DNA from: a bacterium
GTDB lineage: Bacteria; Bacteroidota; Ignavibacteria; UBA10030
Assembly (NCBI GenBank): GCA_043803945.1
Contig: JAZDJN010000030.1
Span: 1 to 33,714, forward strand
DNA: 33,714 bases
Direction: 5' to 3'
The notes beneath the pieces were generated by a model, which saw only the letters and a program-made list of their open reading frames with translations, made no database searches and was not told the DNA's origin. Shown here piece after piece: positions 1-9,048 of this stretch (the first letter of the stretch is position 1; each line of letters starts with the position of its first letter). The position numbers and the translations under genes are program-made.

Positions 1-45
1 TCCGAAGATATTTGCCTGAATGTGTTTTTGGTTCTTCTTGAACAT
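1..45 (-). CDS. 5' end of probable DDE transposase (runs off window edge)
   Basis: Minus strand from ATG at 45 reads MFKKNQKHIQANIFG, resembling the MF(R/K)KNxxHxQxxxF start I recall for a group of IS5/IS1182-like transposases. Only 15 codons are visible. Confidence 0.5.
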   Translation of the reverse strand, partial: MFKKNQKHIQANIFG

Positions 46-176
46 TGCGTCACTGATAATTGTTGGTGTCTGGTTGTTCGTCTAGCAATATTTCCGCAAT
101 TATCATGCCAACGTATGTTGACCTTTTTAGAGTGAACTCATTCTTGTTTGTTATAATCAGCGAAAAGATGGACTTC
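1..176 (-). mobile_element. Putative IS end with candidate terminal inverted repeat at 163-176
   Basis: AAAAGATGGACTTC (163-176) lies upstream of the transposase-like start and matches the arm of the palindrome at 18243-18292 at 13/14 positions. Confidence 0.4.
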
Positions 177-234
177 CACCAGGGGAGTAGAACATAAAAT
201 AAATTTTCATGAATTAAGGAAGGAGCGAAAAGAA

Positions 235-2163
235 TTGAAACGCTCCATCAAACCTATCGGTATTGCTTTCTTTTCATTGATAATCCTCTCGCTCTTTCAG
301 AGTTGTTCCGAAAAAGAGTATAACAACCCTGCTAATCCTGAAGTAACGATACTGCCTCCTGCCAATCTTCAGCTTTCGCTTATGACCGATACTTCTGTGA
401 CACTGAGCTGGAGTGACCCATATAACTTCTCTGTCGAAGAGAGGATAAATATTCGCTATGAGATACACCAGAGTATAAACCAGGGAAGCGATTCTTTAAT
501 CAAATCTGTTCGAGGAGATTCGACAAGAGTGATCATTAAAGGTTCATTCTTCGCTGGCAATTCATATTATTTTAAAATCAGAACTGTTGCCGGCAATAAT
601 ACCTCAGAGTATTCTGCTTCTGTGAGTGGAAGTATCAATTTTGCTGCGCCATCCAATCTACAGGTCATAATGATAGCCGAAACACAGGCAACATTAAATT
701 GGACGCTGAATAATCCCTTGGCCACAATGGCAATCATTGAGCGGAGCACATCTGCTTCTTCCGGTTATATAGTTGTTGATAGCGTCTTGGCAAACGTATT
801 GAGAAAAGAAGTGAATGGTATATATCATGCCGATACGACATACTATTTCCGTGTTAAGGCAACGTCGTCCATCAATCAAAGCGCTTATACACAGCCGGTT
901 TCACAGAAGCTTCTCTTCCCTGCTCCTACAGATATTCAGGTGGCTGCGCTTTCAGCTACAACTGTTTCTTTGCGCTGGACAGATAACAACTCGTTTGAAA
1001 CAGGGTTTGAAATCTATTCAGGAACTGACAGTACAAATCTTTCTCTCAGTAAAACTGAACCGGCAAATGCAATATCATCCACCCTCATTGGATCGTTCGA
1101 TGTGCTGAAGAGATATTACTTCCGGGTTCGTGCAAGATCCGTTTACAACGTATCGGTGTTATCGGTACTGGGTCTATATCTTCCTGCCGCGCCTCACACA
1201 GCACCAATGTTACTTTCGCCCTCAACTGGACAAACAGGCGTTTCTAAAAGTCCAACACTTAGTTGGGGAGTTGTCAGTGGAGCAACCTCGTATGAGTTGC
1301 AGGTCAGTACAAATTCATCGTTCTCACCTGCAATATATATTCTTACCGGTTTGACATCTGTAAGCTATCCTCTATCGGGATTAACCTACGGTACCATATA
1401 TTATTGGAGAGTGAGAGGTGCTAATTTAGATGGAAATGGACCGTACTCTTCGACTGGTTCCTTTACCATTACGATACCAATTGAGATGGTCTATGTCTCT
1501 GGTGGTACGTTCCAAATGGGCAGTACGAGTGGGGATTGGGATGAACAGCCGGTTCATTCTGTGACTCTCAGCAGTTACTACTTAGGCAAGTACGAAGTAA
1601 CGCAGGCACAGTGGCGCGAAATTGTAGAATGGAAACAATTAAATGGTGGCACAACACTTAAGCCGAGTCCAAGTCTTTTTAATGGTGCGAATCTTCCCGT
1701 AGAGCAGGTATACTGGGTTCATATTCAGCTCTGGATATCCTACTTAAATGAAAGGGATGGGACTACGTATCGGCTACCGACAGAAGCAGAATGGGAATTT
1801 GCAGCGCGAGGTGGAAATAAAAGCCAAGGCTATATTTATAGCGGCAGCAACACAGTGGATGAAGTAGCATGGTATTATTCAAATTCTAGTAACACAACCC
1901 ATCCAGTTGGGACGAAGGCAGTAAATGAACTTGGCATCTATGATATGAGCGGTAATGTTTGGGAGTGGTGCCAGGATTACTATGGTGCATATAATTTGGA
2001 ATCACAAACAAATCCATCAGGGCCAAGCAATGGAACGTACAGGGTTGTTCGTGGCGGCTCGTGGTACTATCTCGCTAATTATAGTCGTGTTACGTTCCGT
2101 GATCATTACTTCCAGGGTAGTATGTCCAATCATCTCGGTTTTCGTCTGGCGAGAACATATTAG
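235..2163 (+). CDS. Lipoprotein with tandem fibronectin type III domains and C-terminal FGE-sulfatase (SUMF1/CLec-fold) domain
   Basis: TTG start with AGGAG 9 nt upstream; lipobox-like FQSC; about 4 FN3 repeats (P..L..V.L.W...Y..RV); FGE motifs FQMGS, EVTQ, RLPTEAEWEFAARGG, YDMSGNVWEWC, RGGSW, GFRL. Confidence 0.9.
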   Translation: MKRSIKPIGIAFFSLIILSLFQSCSEKEYNNPANPEVTILPPANLQLSLMTDTSVTLSWSDPYNFSVEERINIRYEIHQSINQGSDSLIKSVRGDSTRVIIKGSFFAGNSYYFKIRTVAGNNTSEYSASVSGSINFAAPSNLQVIMIAETQATLNWTLNNPLATMAIIERSTSASSGYIVVDSVLANVLRKEVNGIYHADTTYYFRVKATSSINQSAYTQPVSQKLLFPAPTDIQVAALSATTVSLRWTDNNSFETGFEIYSGTDSTNLSLSKTEPANAISSTLIGSFDVLKRYYFRVRARSVYNVSVLSVLGLYLPAAPHTAPMLLSPSTGQTGVSKSPTLSWGVVSGATSYELQVSTNSSFSPAIYILTGLTSVSYPLSGLTYGTIYYWRVRGANLDGNGPYSSTGSFTITIPIEMVYVSGGTFQMGSTSGDWDEQPVHSVTLSSYYLGKYEVTQAQWREIVEWKQLNGGTTLKPSPSLFNGANLPVEQVYWVHIQLWISYLNERDGTTYRLPTEAEWEFAARGGNKSQGYIYSGSNTVDEVAWYYSNSSNTTHPVGTKAVNELGIYDMSGNVWEWCQDYYGAYNLESQTNPSGPSNGTYRVVRGGSWYYLANYSRVTFRDHYFQGSMSNHLGFRLARTY

Positions 2164-2421
2164 GTTACACTTTCATTTTTTCTTGGAGATTTGATGTTTA
2201 ACCGGAGGATTGAAGGAACATAGGAATGTTACCATATTTTGTGCTTTCGAACAAATCTGCGGAAAAATGTCTAATATTTTAAAACAACTATCCCTCACTA
2301 CGAATGAGGATAACCCTTTGTGAATTAGAAAATCCACGTTGAATATGAAACGCCGTGTTCCTTTCGTTTCTCCGAGCTAATGATCTTTAAAAATAAATAA
2401 TCCAACTTGAAGGAGCTTAAC

Positions 2422-3951
2422 ATGAAGCGCAATAGTATTGCTATCATTATCATTGCGACCTTTCTACATACTCATTTTATCGTCCAAGGGCAAAACCTTT
2501 TCTATTATCCCAATGAAAATGAACAGAAAGAAGATGCAAAAAGAGCTTTAGACTATTTCAAGGCATTAGAAACAACAATTTCTGCACGGGTTATACATTT
2601 TTATAATCCAGCCCAGATCTGGTCTTCCAAAATCATTAACATAGAATTAGAGAATTTCGGCACAGTTTCTCTAAGTCTTAAAAATCGAAAACAATTCTCA
2701 AAAAATGCTTTTTACTGGTATGGTACTGATCGCACGAAAAGAACATCAGCTTTTTTCTCATATCATGACGGATTTGTAATAGGAAGAATTCTCGTGGATA
2801 AAAGCTTGTTTGTTATAATTCATTCAAAACAAGGAACACAGATCATCAAACAAGTTAATCCCTCTCTTTTTATGAAGGATGCTGATATTGGAAGTGTTCA
2901 TAATCAAAGAGGCATGTACTATTTACAGAAACAGTATTCTCCAGCAAAAACTAAATCGGATCCTGTAGTTATAGATGTCATGGTCCTTTATTCCAGTAAT
3001 TCCCCTGAATACATGGGAATGGGTAGTGATTGCCTCTCAACCGTTATCGCAGCGCTAGCCAACAATGATATTTACGATATCGAATTAAATCTGGTCTATG
3101 AAGACGAGCTACCAGATTCGGTATTTCAAGAATCTAGTAGTCTCGCTACAGATGTAAGTACCCTGATGAATAATCAAACTGTTCAGAATATGAGAGACAC
3201 ATACGCAGCAGATGTTGTTGCCTACATAGCATCGGATGCTGATCCATTCCTAGCTGGTATTTACAATCCTTCAGGTTACTTTGCATCTAAGGGATCGTAT
3301 GCCATTGATTATCTTACCTTTGCTCATGAGATTGCACATATTGTGGGTTGCGGTCATAACTGCGATTACACAAAGTATACACCTCCCGATACCACCTATA
3401 CTAACCAAGGATATGTAGAGTGGGACTATAATTGGTCAACTATCATGTGCGTAACTTATGAGGATAGTACGATTCCTCCAAGAGATTTCCTTTATTCTTA
3501 TCCTGATCTATATGATGGACCCAATAAGATATATTTTAACAATATAGCTGAGTGGGACGCCAATGCTTATACGGTTTCTTGCTTCAAGAGTAATCACAGA
3601 AATTCTTATAAGAGTGAGCAAGCAGATGTACTCCAATTTACTAATTCGATGTACAAAGATATTATCATTTCCAACAATTATCCAAATCCCTTCAATCCTG
3701 CAACCACTTTTTCGTACCAACTCCCTCAGGATGCATTTGTTACTCTTGAGGTCTTTGATATGATGGGCCGGAAAGTTACATCGCTTGCGCAATCACAGAA
3801 GTCAGCTGGACATCATAGTGTAGTGTGGAATGCAAAGGATGACGCAGGAAGAAGTGTCTCAAGTGGTACTTACCTCTATCGATTCATCGCTTTGCCTTTG
3901 AATGGTGAGAAATCGGTTATCTCCAATGGAAGGATGGTACTAATGAGATAG
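2422..3951 (+). CDS. Secreted metzincin (reprolysin-like) zinc metalloprotease with T9SS type A / FlgD-Ig C-terminal domain
   Basis: ATG 2422 follows AGGAG (2411-2415); signal peptide; HEIAHIVGCGH (HExxHxxGxxH) and Met-turn STIM; C-terminal NYPNPFNP...GTYLYR...MVLMR. Confidence 0.85.
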   Translation: MKRNSIAIIIIATFLHTHFIVQGQNLFYYPNENEQKEDAKRALDYFKALETTISARVIHFYNPAQIWSSKIINIELENFGTVSLSLKNRKQFSKNAFYWYGTDRTKRTSAFFSYHDGFVIGRILVDKSLFVIIHSKQGTQIIKQVNPSLFMKDADIGSVHNQRGMYYLQKQYSPAKTKSDPVVIDVMVLYSSNSPEYMGMGSDCLSTVIAALANNDIYDIELNLVYEDELPDSVFQESSSLATDVSTLMNNQTVQNMRDTYAADVVAYIASDADPFLAGIYNPSGYFASKGSYAIDYLTFAHEIAHIVGCGHNCDYTKYTPPDTTYTNQGYVEWDYNWSTIMCVTYEDSTIPPRDFLYSYPDLYDGPNKIYFNNIAEWDANAYTVSCFKSNHRNSYKSEQADVLQFTNSMYKDIIISNNYPNPFNPATTFSYQLPQDAFVTLEVFDMMGRKVTSLAQSQKSAGHHSVVWNAKDDAGRSVSSGTYLYRFIALPLNGEKSVISNGRMVLMR

Positions 3952-3971
3952 AATTTTGAGGCCTTTAAAGA

Positions 3972-4001
3972 AACCTCCGGGATTAAATAACCTCGGAGGT
4001 T
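3972..4001 (+). terminator. Stem-loop after protease gene, possible terminator
   Basis: AACCTCCG...CGGAGGTT 20 nt after the stop; no immediately adjacent U-tract. Confidence 0.45.
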
Positions 4002-4129
4002 GTCAATCTGGATTTTTTATAACGTTCGATCTCCACCATTACGCTGTAACAGTTCTTTGAAGTGTTGAAAGAGAATGCTTCCCCGGTGGAGGAGAACGCA
4101 AGACAACTTTTTTATTTATGGTTCTTACA

Positions 4130-4158
4130 TTGCAATTCGGGGCTTAATTGGGTATTTT
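4130..4158 (+). promoter_or_regulatory. Possible sigma70-type promoter
   Basis: TTGCAA-17 nt-TATTTT just upstream of ATG 4168. Confidence 0.35.
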
Positions 4159-4167
4159 TTTCACGCT

Positions 4168-6945
4168 ATGATTCTCTTGCCAGTTCGTATAACCTGCATC
4201 TTGTGTGTTTTCGGCCTGTTGTCTGTGCTGCAGCTGTGGAGTTCTTCGCAGGCGCAGCAGAAAGACCAGACAACGGAATCCATTGTGCTTCACCCGTTAT
4301 TTCAGGAGAAAACAAGAAATTACCTGGCCGTTCTTCCGCACAAGGAGATCAAACGGCCGAAGGTTGCACTTGTCTTAAGCGGGGGCGGATCACGCGGGAT
4401 AGCCAGCATCGGCGTGATGAAGGCGCTGGAAGAAGCAAACATTCCAGTCGACCTGATTGTAGGCACGAGTATCGGAAGTATTATTGGCGGTCTCTACGCT
4501 TCGGGGTACTCCGTTGCAGAACTTGAACAACTGGTTGATACGACAAATTGGAGCGAAGTGCTCAGCTTTACAAACGAAGCCCGCCGATCGGAACTCCTGT
4601 TCGATGCGAAAGCCGCGGCCGACCGAAGCATCCTTACCGTTCGTATCGATGATTTGGAGCGCATTCTTCCAAAATCTGTTTCTTTCGGTCAGCGTATGCT
4701 GAACTATCTCAACCTGCTGACATTGAATGCTCTGTATCATCCTAATCCCAGTTTCGATGACCTGAAAATTCCATTCCGTACTGTTGCCACAGATCTGGTT
4801 TCCGGCCAGCGCGTAGTACTGGACCGGGGCGATCTGACACAGGCCTTGCGAGCCAGCACCTCTGTACCGCTCGTGTACAGCCCTGTTTCTCGGGATACGG
4901 TATTATTGCTTGATGGTGGCATCATCTCAAACATACCGGCCGATGTAGCGCGTAACTGGGGAGCCGATATTGTGATCGCAGTCGATGTTACGAGTCCCCT
5001 CCGAACCAGGCAAATGCTCAACGATATCGTTGATTATGCCGATCAGATCATCGGTATCTCTATGAGGCTTGCCAATAAGGAACAGCTTTCGTACAGCGAT
5101 ATCGTGATCCGGCCTGAATTAGGCAGTCATTTGCCGGAGGATTTTGGAGGCATCGATTCAATGGTCACTCAGGGATATCTGAGCACACTCACCGAGATAC
5201 CCCGCCTCAAATCTCTCCTGGAAACGAAACGCAAGGAAATGTACAAGAACGCCATCCAGGATACGACCTTCGGCAATGCACAACTGATCTTCGATTCGAC
5301 CGTGGTTCATCCCCGTTGGCACAAAACACTCTCGACCCTTCAGCAGCGATCCCAATTTTCCAGGAGGGAACTGGTGGCGCTCCTCGATGAGCTCTCAGAA
5401 CTGGGTGACTATGAGAACTGCGATATTCATATCCACCAGCATCTCCAGCAGACAGCCGTTGAGTTGCATCTTGTACCGTATAACGTTCTTCGATCGATTG
5501 AACTTTTTGGCAGCGAACGGTTAAGCCCGGATTCATTAAAACCGATGTTCAGCCATCTGGTTGAGCGTGGCTTCAACCCTGTCCAAACGCGGGAAGCTTT
5601 GGAAGCAATATTGAAAATGTACCGGCGGCATGGGTACTCGCTTGCCAGAATCAGCATGATCAGATTTGATCCTTCTACCGGTACATTATCAATTACAATC
5701 GACGAAGGGAAAATTTATCGCCGTGATATTATCGGTACTGTGCGAACAAAAGATTATATCCTGTGGCGTGAACTGCCCTGGGAAGAAGGGGAGGCATTCC
5801 AGCTTTCGAAGGCGGCTGCGGGCCTCAGTAATGCCTATGGAACAAATCTTTTTGAGCAGATTCACCTGGAACCCAAACGAGAAGGAACTGCTGGTGAGCA
5901 CCAGATCATTGTCATCCACGCGCGGGAACGAAACACTGCATTGCTGCGCCTGGGTGTCTTAATCGACAATGAACGAGGCCTTCAGTCCTCCATCGACATC
6001 AGAGAGCAAAACCTCCTCGGCATTGGTGCAGAAGTGGGAGTGCTCTTCTGGGGAGGTAATCGGAATCGAAGCCTTGAAGGCGAGTTTAAAATCTCACGCC
6101 TGTTTAATTCCTACCTGACACTCAGTGCAAAGGGATTTTATACATTTCGGGATACCTATCTCTACGGCGATGAGCCCCTGATGAATTCGAAGCGATGGAA
6201 TAGAATACAGGTTGGTGAGTTCCGTGAATTGCGTGAAGGAGGTTCGCTCTCCTTTGGCTCTCAACTCGAGCGGCTCGGCACTGTCACCATCGAAGGCCGC
6301 CTCGAAACGCATCGGGTGTGGAATATTTCCAGCAACGTCCTCATCCCGGAGAGTTATAAAATTGCCTCACTGAAACTCGGCACGAAGCTCGACGACCGTG
6401 ATCGCTTTCCCTTCCCTCATCGGGGCGTTGTCATGGATTTCGTGTATGAGTCTGCAATTTTCCCGCTCCGCTCCGGTGTGGGATTTACCAAGATGTCATT
6501 TACCTACGACATCTACCAAACGTATTTTGGGAGGCATACACTTCATCCTCACATCCAGTTTGGATTTGCCGATGAAACACTGCCGATCACCGAGCAATTC
6601 AGCATCGGCGGAAGGAACAACTTCTTTGGATTACGGGAGGACAATGCGCGGGGACGACAGATATTTATTGCAAGCCTTGAATACCGCTATGAGAGTCCGT
6701 GGAAGATTTTCTTTGATACCTACCTTCGTGCACGGTATGATATCGGTTCCATCTGGCTTGTACCGGATGAAATTCGCCTCAAAGATCTCCGTCATGGAAT
6801 CGGTATCGCTATTGCACTGGATACTCCTATCGGGCTTGCGGAGTTCGCCGTTGGCCGGAGTTTCTTTTTCAGAAAGGAATTGTTGAATAATCCCCTGAGC
6901 CTCGGTCCGGCTGTTGCCTACTTTGTGCTTGGGTACGAATTCTGA
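4168..6945 (+). CDS. Patatin-like phospholipase fused to POTRA and Omp85/BamA-type beta-barrel (PlpD-like, type Vd)
   Basis: LSGGGSRG oxyanion loop, GTSIG nucleophile and DGG motif; POTRA-like YRRHGYSLA and RTKDYILWRE; barrel with GLRE loop and terminal Phe (GYEF). Start 4168 chosen because it gives a signal peptide; the ORF is open from 4075. Confidence 0.9.
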   Translation: MILLPVRITCILCVFGLLSVLQLWSSSQAQQKDQTTESIVLHPLFQEKTRNYLAVLPHKEIKRPKVALVLSGGGSRGIASIGVMKALEEANIPVDLIVGTSIGSIIGGLYASGYSVAELEQLVDTTNWSEVLSFTNEARRSELLFDAKAAADRSILTVRIDDLERILPKSVSFGQRMLNYLNLLTLNALYHPNPSFDDLKIPFRTVATDLVSGQRVVLDRGDLTQALRASTSVPLVYSPVSRDTVLLLDGGIISNIPADVARNWGADIVIAVDVTSPLRTRQMLNDIVDYADQIIGISMRLANKEQLSYSDIVIRPELGSHLPEDFGGIDSMVTQGYLSTLTEIPRLKSLLETKRKEMYKNAIQDTTFGNAQLIFDSTVVHPRWHKTLSTLQQRSQFSRRELVALLDELSELGDYENCDIHIHQHLQQTAVELHLVPYNVLRSIELFGSERLSPDSLKPMFSHLVERGFNPVQTREALEAILKMYRRHGYSLARISMIRFDPSTGTLSITIDEGKIYRRDIIGTVRTKDYILWRELPWEEGEAFQLSKAAAGLSNAYGTNLFEQIHLEPKREGTAGEHQIIVIHARERNTALLRLGVLIDNERGLQSSIDIREQNLLGIGAEVGVLFWGGNRNRSLEGEFKISRLFNSYLTLSAKGFYTFRDTYLYGDEPLMNSKRWNRIQVGEFRELREGGSLSFGSQLERLGTVTIEGRLETHRVWNISSNVLIPESYKIASLKLGTKLDDRDRFPFPHRGVVMDFVYESAIFPLRSGVGFTKMSFTYDIYQTYFGRHTLHPHIQFGFADETLPITEQFSIGGRNNFFGLREDNARGRQIFIASLEYRYESPWKIFFDTYLRARYDIGSIWLVPDEIRLKDLRHGIGIAIALDTPIGLAEFAVGRSFFFRKELLNNPLSLGPAVAYFVLGYEF

Positions 6946-6967
6946 TGACCCTTTGACATCCGTTGCT

Positions 6968-6995
6968 TTGCCTTTTACGAAAATCTCTCTATATT
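6968..6995 (+). promoter_or_regulatory. Possible sigma70-type promoter
   Basis: TTGCCT-16 nt-TATATT; same hexamers as upstream of murA. Confidence 0.4.
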
Positions 6996-7083
6996 CATTG
7001 CAAAGTTTAGGATAAGAGTGAGGAGTTCAACCAATCCCACCCTGATCGAAGCAGAATTTACTCATTACTACTGTATAAGAGCC

Positions 7084-7347
7084 ATGACAACCAAACCACC
7101 ACTACCTGCTGTAGAATTTCCGGCTAATTCCATTGAGAAGATTGCCTATTCCATCGTTGAGGACATCCAGACACAAGAACCGAATGACCGTAACCGGCTC
7201 GGCTATTCAATCTGGGCATGGCTGGTTGATCGGAAAGGAACGCTGGAGCAGGCGATCACCAATGCAGGCACACGAACACAGGTTCCGCACGAAGAACTTG
7301 TCAGGATCGTTAAAACACGATTACAGGAAAAAGGAATTCAGATCTGA
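7084..7347 (+). CDS. Small hypothetical protein (87 aa)
   Basis: ATG 7084 (MTTKPPLP...); globular, helical-looking composition; bracketed by a promoter-like motif and a terminator. Confidence 0.7.
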   Translation: MTTKPPLPAVEFPANSIEKIAYSIVEDIQTQEPNDRNRLGYSIWAWLVDRKGTLEQAITNAGTRTQVPHEELVRIVKTRLQEKGIQI

Positions 7348-7379
7348 GTTGAATTCCGAGTTCTGAACTGCTCACCGCT

Positions 7380-7414
7380 GCCCGGCTCTGGTTCAGAGCG
7401 CGGGCTTTTTTATT
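7380..7414 (+). terminator. Rho-independent terminator
   Basis: GCCCG-GCTCTG-gtt-CAGAGC-g-CGGGC followed by TTTTTT. Confidence 0.8.
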
Positions 7415-7430
7415 TCAGGAGATCTGAATT

Positions 7431-7559
7431 ATGGGCTTCTCAATTGAATCGCTGCTGCTGAGTTTTATCCCTCTCATTATCGGCCCGGCTGCGCTCACTA
7501 CCATCCTCATCCTTGTTGATACGCATGGGTATGTTACGACAATCGTTTCCCTTGAATAA
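7431..7559 (+). pseudogene. MarC-family membrane protein remnant (42 aa, internally deleted and truncated)
   Basis: AGGAG then ATG; reads MGFSIESLLLSFIPLIIGPAALTTILILVDTHGYVTTIVSLE*, i.e. a MarC-like N-terminus joined to the MarC PLxxGPxxxTT motif. Too short for the ORF track. Confidence 0.6.
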
Positions 7560-7593
7560 GAGTTGAATAACGGAGTACTTCTGACGGCTGAAA

Positions 7594-8058
7594 TCATTGG
7601 CGCTCGTATTCAACGAATTCGTACCCTTTATGGATTTCACGAACGGTAAGCTTGAATGATTGTTCGAGGAGATTTCTGTACTCCGGAAAAAATGTATCGC
7701 CATCAACTACATGATCGATGAGTGTGAGCATAAACGCATCTGCGTGAGACAACATCTGTCGGAAAATCTCACCCCCGCCGATAACAAATACTCTCTCTTC
7801 ATAGTGAACCGCCTGGAGTGCCTCTGAGAGAGAAGAATACGTTTCGACTTCCGGAATCCTGGAAGAAGAGAGAACAACATTGCGCCTGTCCCTCAAAGGG
7901 CTTCCGAGCGATTGGTACGTCTTTCTCCCCATCAGCACCGTATGCCCGGTGGTGACTCTTTTGAAATGCTGGAGATCGTCAGGAAGATGCCAGGGGATTG
8001 TTCCCTTACAGCCGATGACCCGGTTATGGGAGAGAGCGGCGATGATGATGAGTCTCAA
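7594..8058 (-). CDS. folA: Dihydrofolate reductase
   Basis: NRVIG..GTIPWHLPDDLQHFK, MGRKTYQS, PLRDRRNVVLS, VIGGGEIF, GDTFFP. Confidence 0.96.
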   Translation of the reverse strand: MRLIIIAALSHNRVIGCKGTIPWHLPDDLQHFKRVTTGHTVLMGRKTYQSLGSPLRDRRNVVLSSSRIPEVETYSSLSEALQAVHYEERVFVIGGGEIFRQMLSHADAFMLTLIDHVVDGDTFFPEYRNLLEQSFKLTVREIHKGYEFVEYERQ

Positions 8059-8081
8059 GGGAAGGATTCCAGTGATGATGG

Positions 8082-9005
8082 CTATTTCCAGGGTATGGGA
8101 ACATGCAGCATCGAAAGTTTCTCTTCGATCTCCGTGCGCTCGCGGTTTTTCTTGACTTCCTGCCCTCTCGGCGGGAGGAGGCCAAATTGAATCGCAAGAT
8201 CAATTGCTTTGTTCGATTCGCCGGATTGAATCGCCTGAATGAGGGCAAGTTCCAATTGAGAGAGGGAAGAGGCATGAACCCGGTAATTTTGAAATGCTTC
8301 CCATGTGATCGGGCACCACCGGCTGACGATGTCATGGCCGATCACGTTAGCGTATGACCGTATTTCAAATTGTGCATGCGAATCCATACGGAGCTGAAGA
8401 AAATGAAGGAGATTGTGCAGGTCAGTTTTCCAATACGCCTCGGTGTAGGCGGAAAGCGGAAGATCCTTGCGCGCCTGTTCCCTGGCAACTCCAGCATTGA
8501 CCCGTTCGTTGTAAATGGTACGGGCAAGGTTCTGCAATTCCTGTTCGCGGGCGGAAAGAATTGTCCCCTGTTCGGGATCTAAAAATCCTTCACTCCCTTG
8601 TTTATTCTCCTGTGCTTGTCCGCGCCATTCGTTTGGAGAGGTCTTTTGCGATGCATCGATGGCTAGAGAGTACCGTGTTGAATATTCGTTGATGCTGGCC
8701 GTCCGGTGCCGGATCCATTGCCGCCAGGCGTCCATGGGAACCCGGACGTGCAATTTAATTTCGCACATCTCAAACGGGGTTGAGTGATGATGACGCAGCA
8801 GATACCGAATCAATCCCCGGTCTTCCTGGACTTTCTTTGTCCCCTTGCCATAGGAAACGCGGGCGGCCTGGACGATGGATTCATCCGTACCCATATAATC
8901 GATCACGCGTACAAATCCATCATCGAGCACACGAAAGGGTTGGCCGAGTATCTCATCGAGTGCCGGTACTGATAATCGTGGTAACTGGTCTGTCTGTTGC
9001 TCCAT
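8082..9005 (-). CDS. thyX: FAD-dependent thymidylate synthase
   Basis: AARVSY, HHSTPFEM, RQWIRHRTASINEYSTRY (RHRx7S signature), EQAR..LP, LR.DSHAQFEIR. Confidence 0.96.
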   Translation of the reverse strand: MEQQTDQLPRLSVPALDEILGQPFRVLDDGFVRVIDYMGTDESIVQAARVSYGKGTKKVQEDRGLIRYLLRHHHSTPFEMCEIKLHVRVPMDAWRQWIRHRTASINEYSTRYSLAIDASQKTSPNEWRGQAQENKQGSEGFLDPEQGTILSAREQELQNLARTIYNERVNAGVAREQARKDLPLSAYTEAYWKTDLHNLLHFLQLRMDSHAQFEIRSYANVIGHDIVSRWCPITWEAFQNYRVHASSLSQLELALIQAIQSGESNKAIDLAIQFGLLPPRGQEVKKNRERTEIEEKLSMLHVPIPWK

Positions 9006-9048
9006 CAGATTCTTATCTTCTTCACTCCAGTGTTATCGCTTGCCAGCG

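Noticed and set aside
235-2406. Complete diversity-generating retroelement
   Set aside because: No template repeat, accessory gene or reverse transcriptase found in the window; kept only as a weak remote-target hypothesis.
4062-4526. 154-aa ORF overlapping the patatin gene
   Set aside because: Alternate-frame overlap with a well-supported CDS; no motifs.
7415-7597. 60-aa minus-strand ORF after folA
   Set aside because: The opposite strand has an RBS and a MarC-like reading, which explains the region better.
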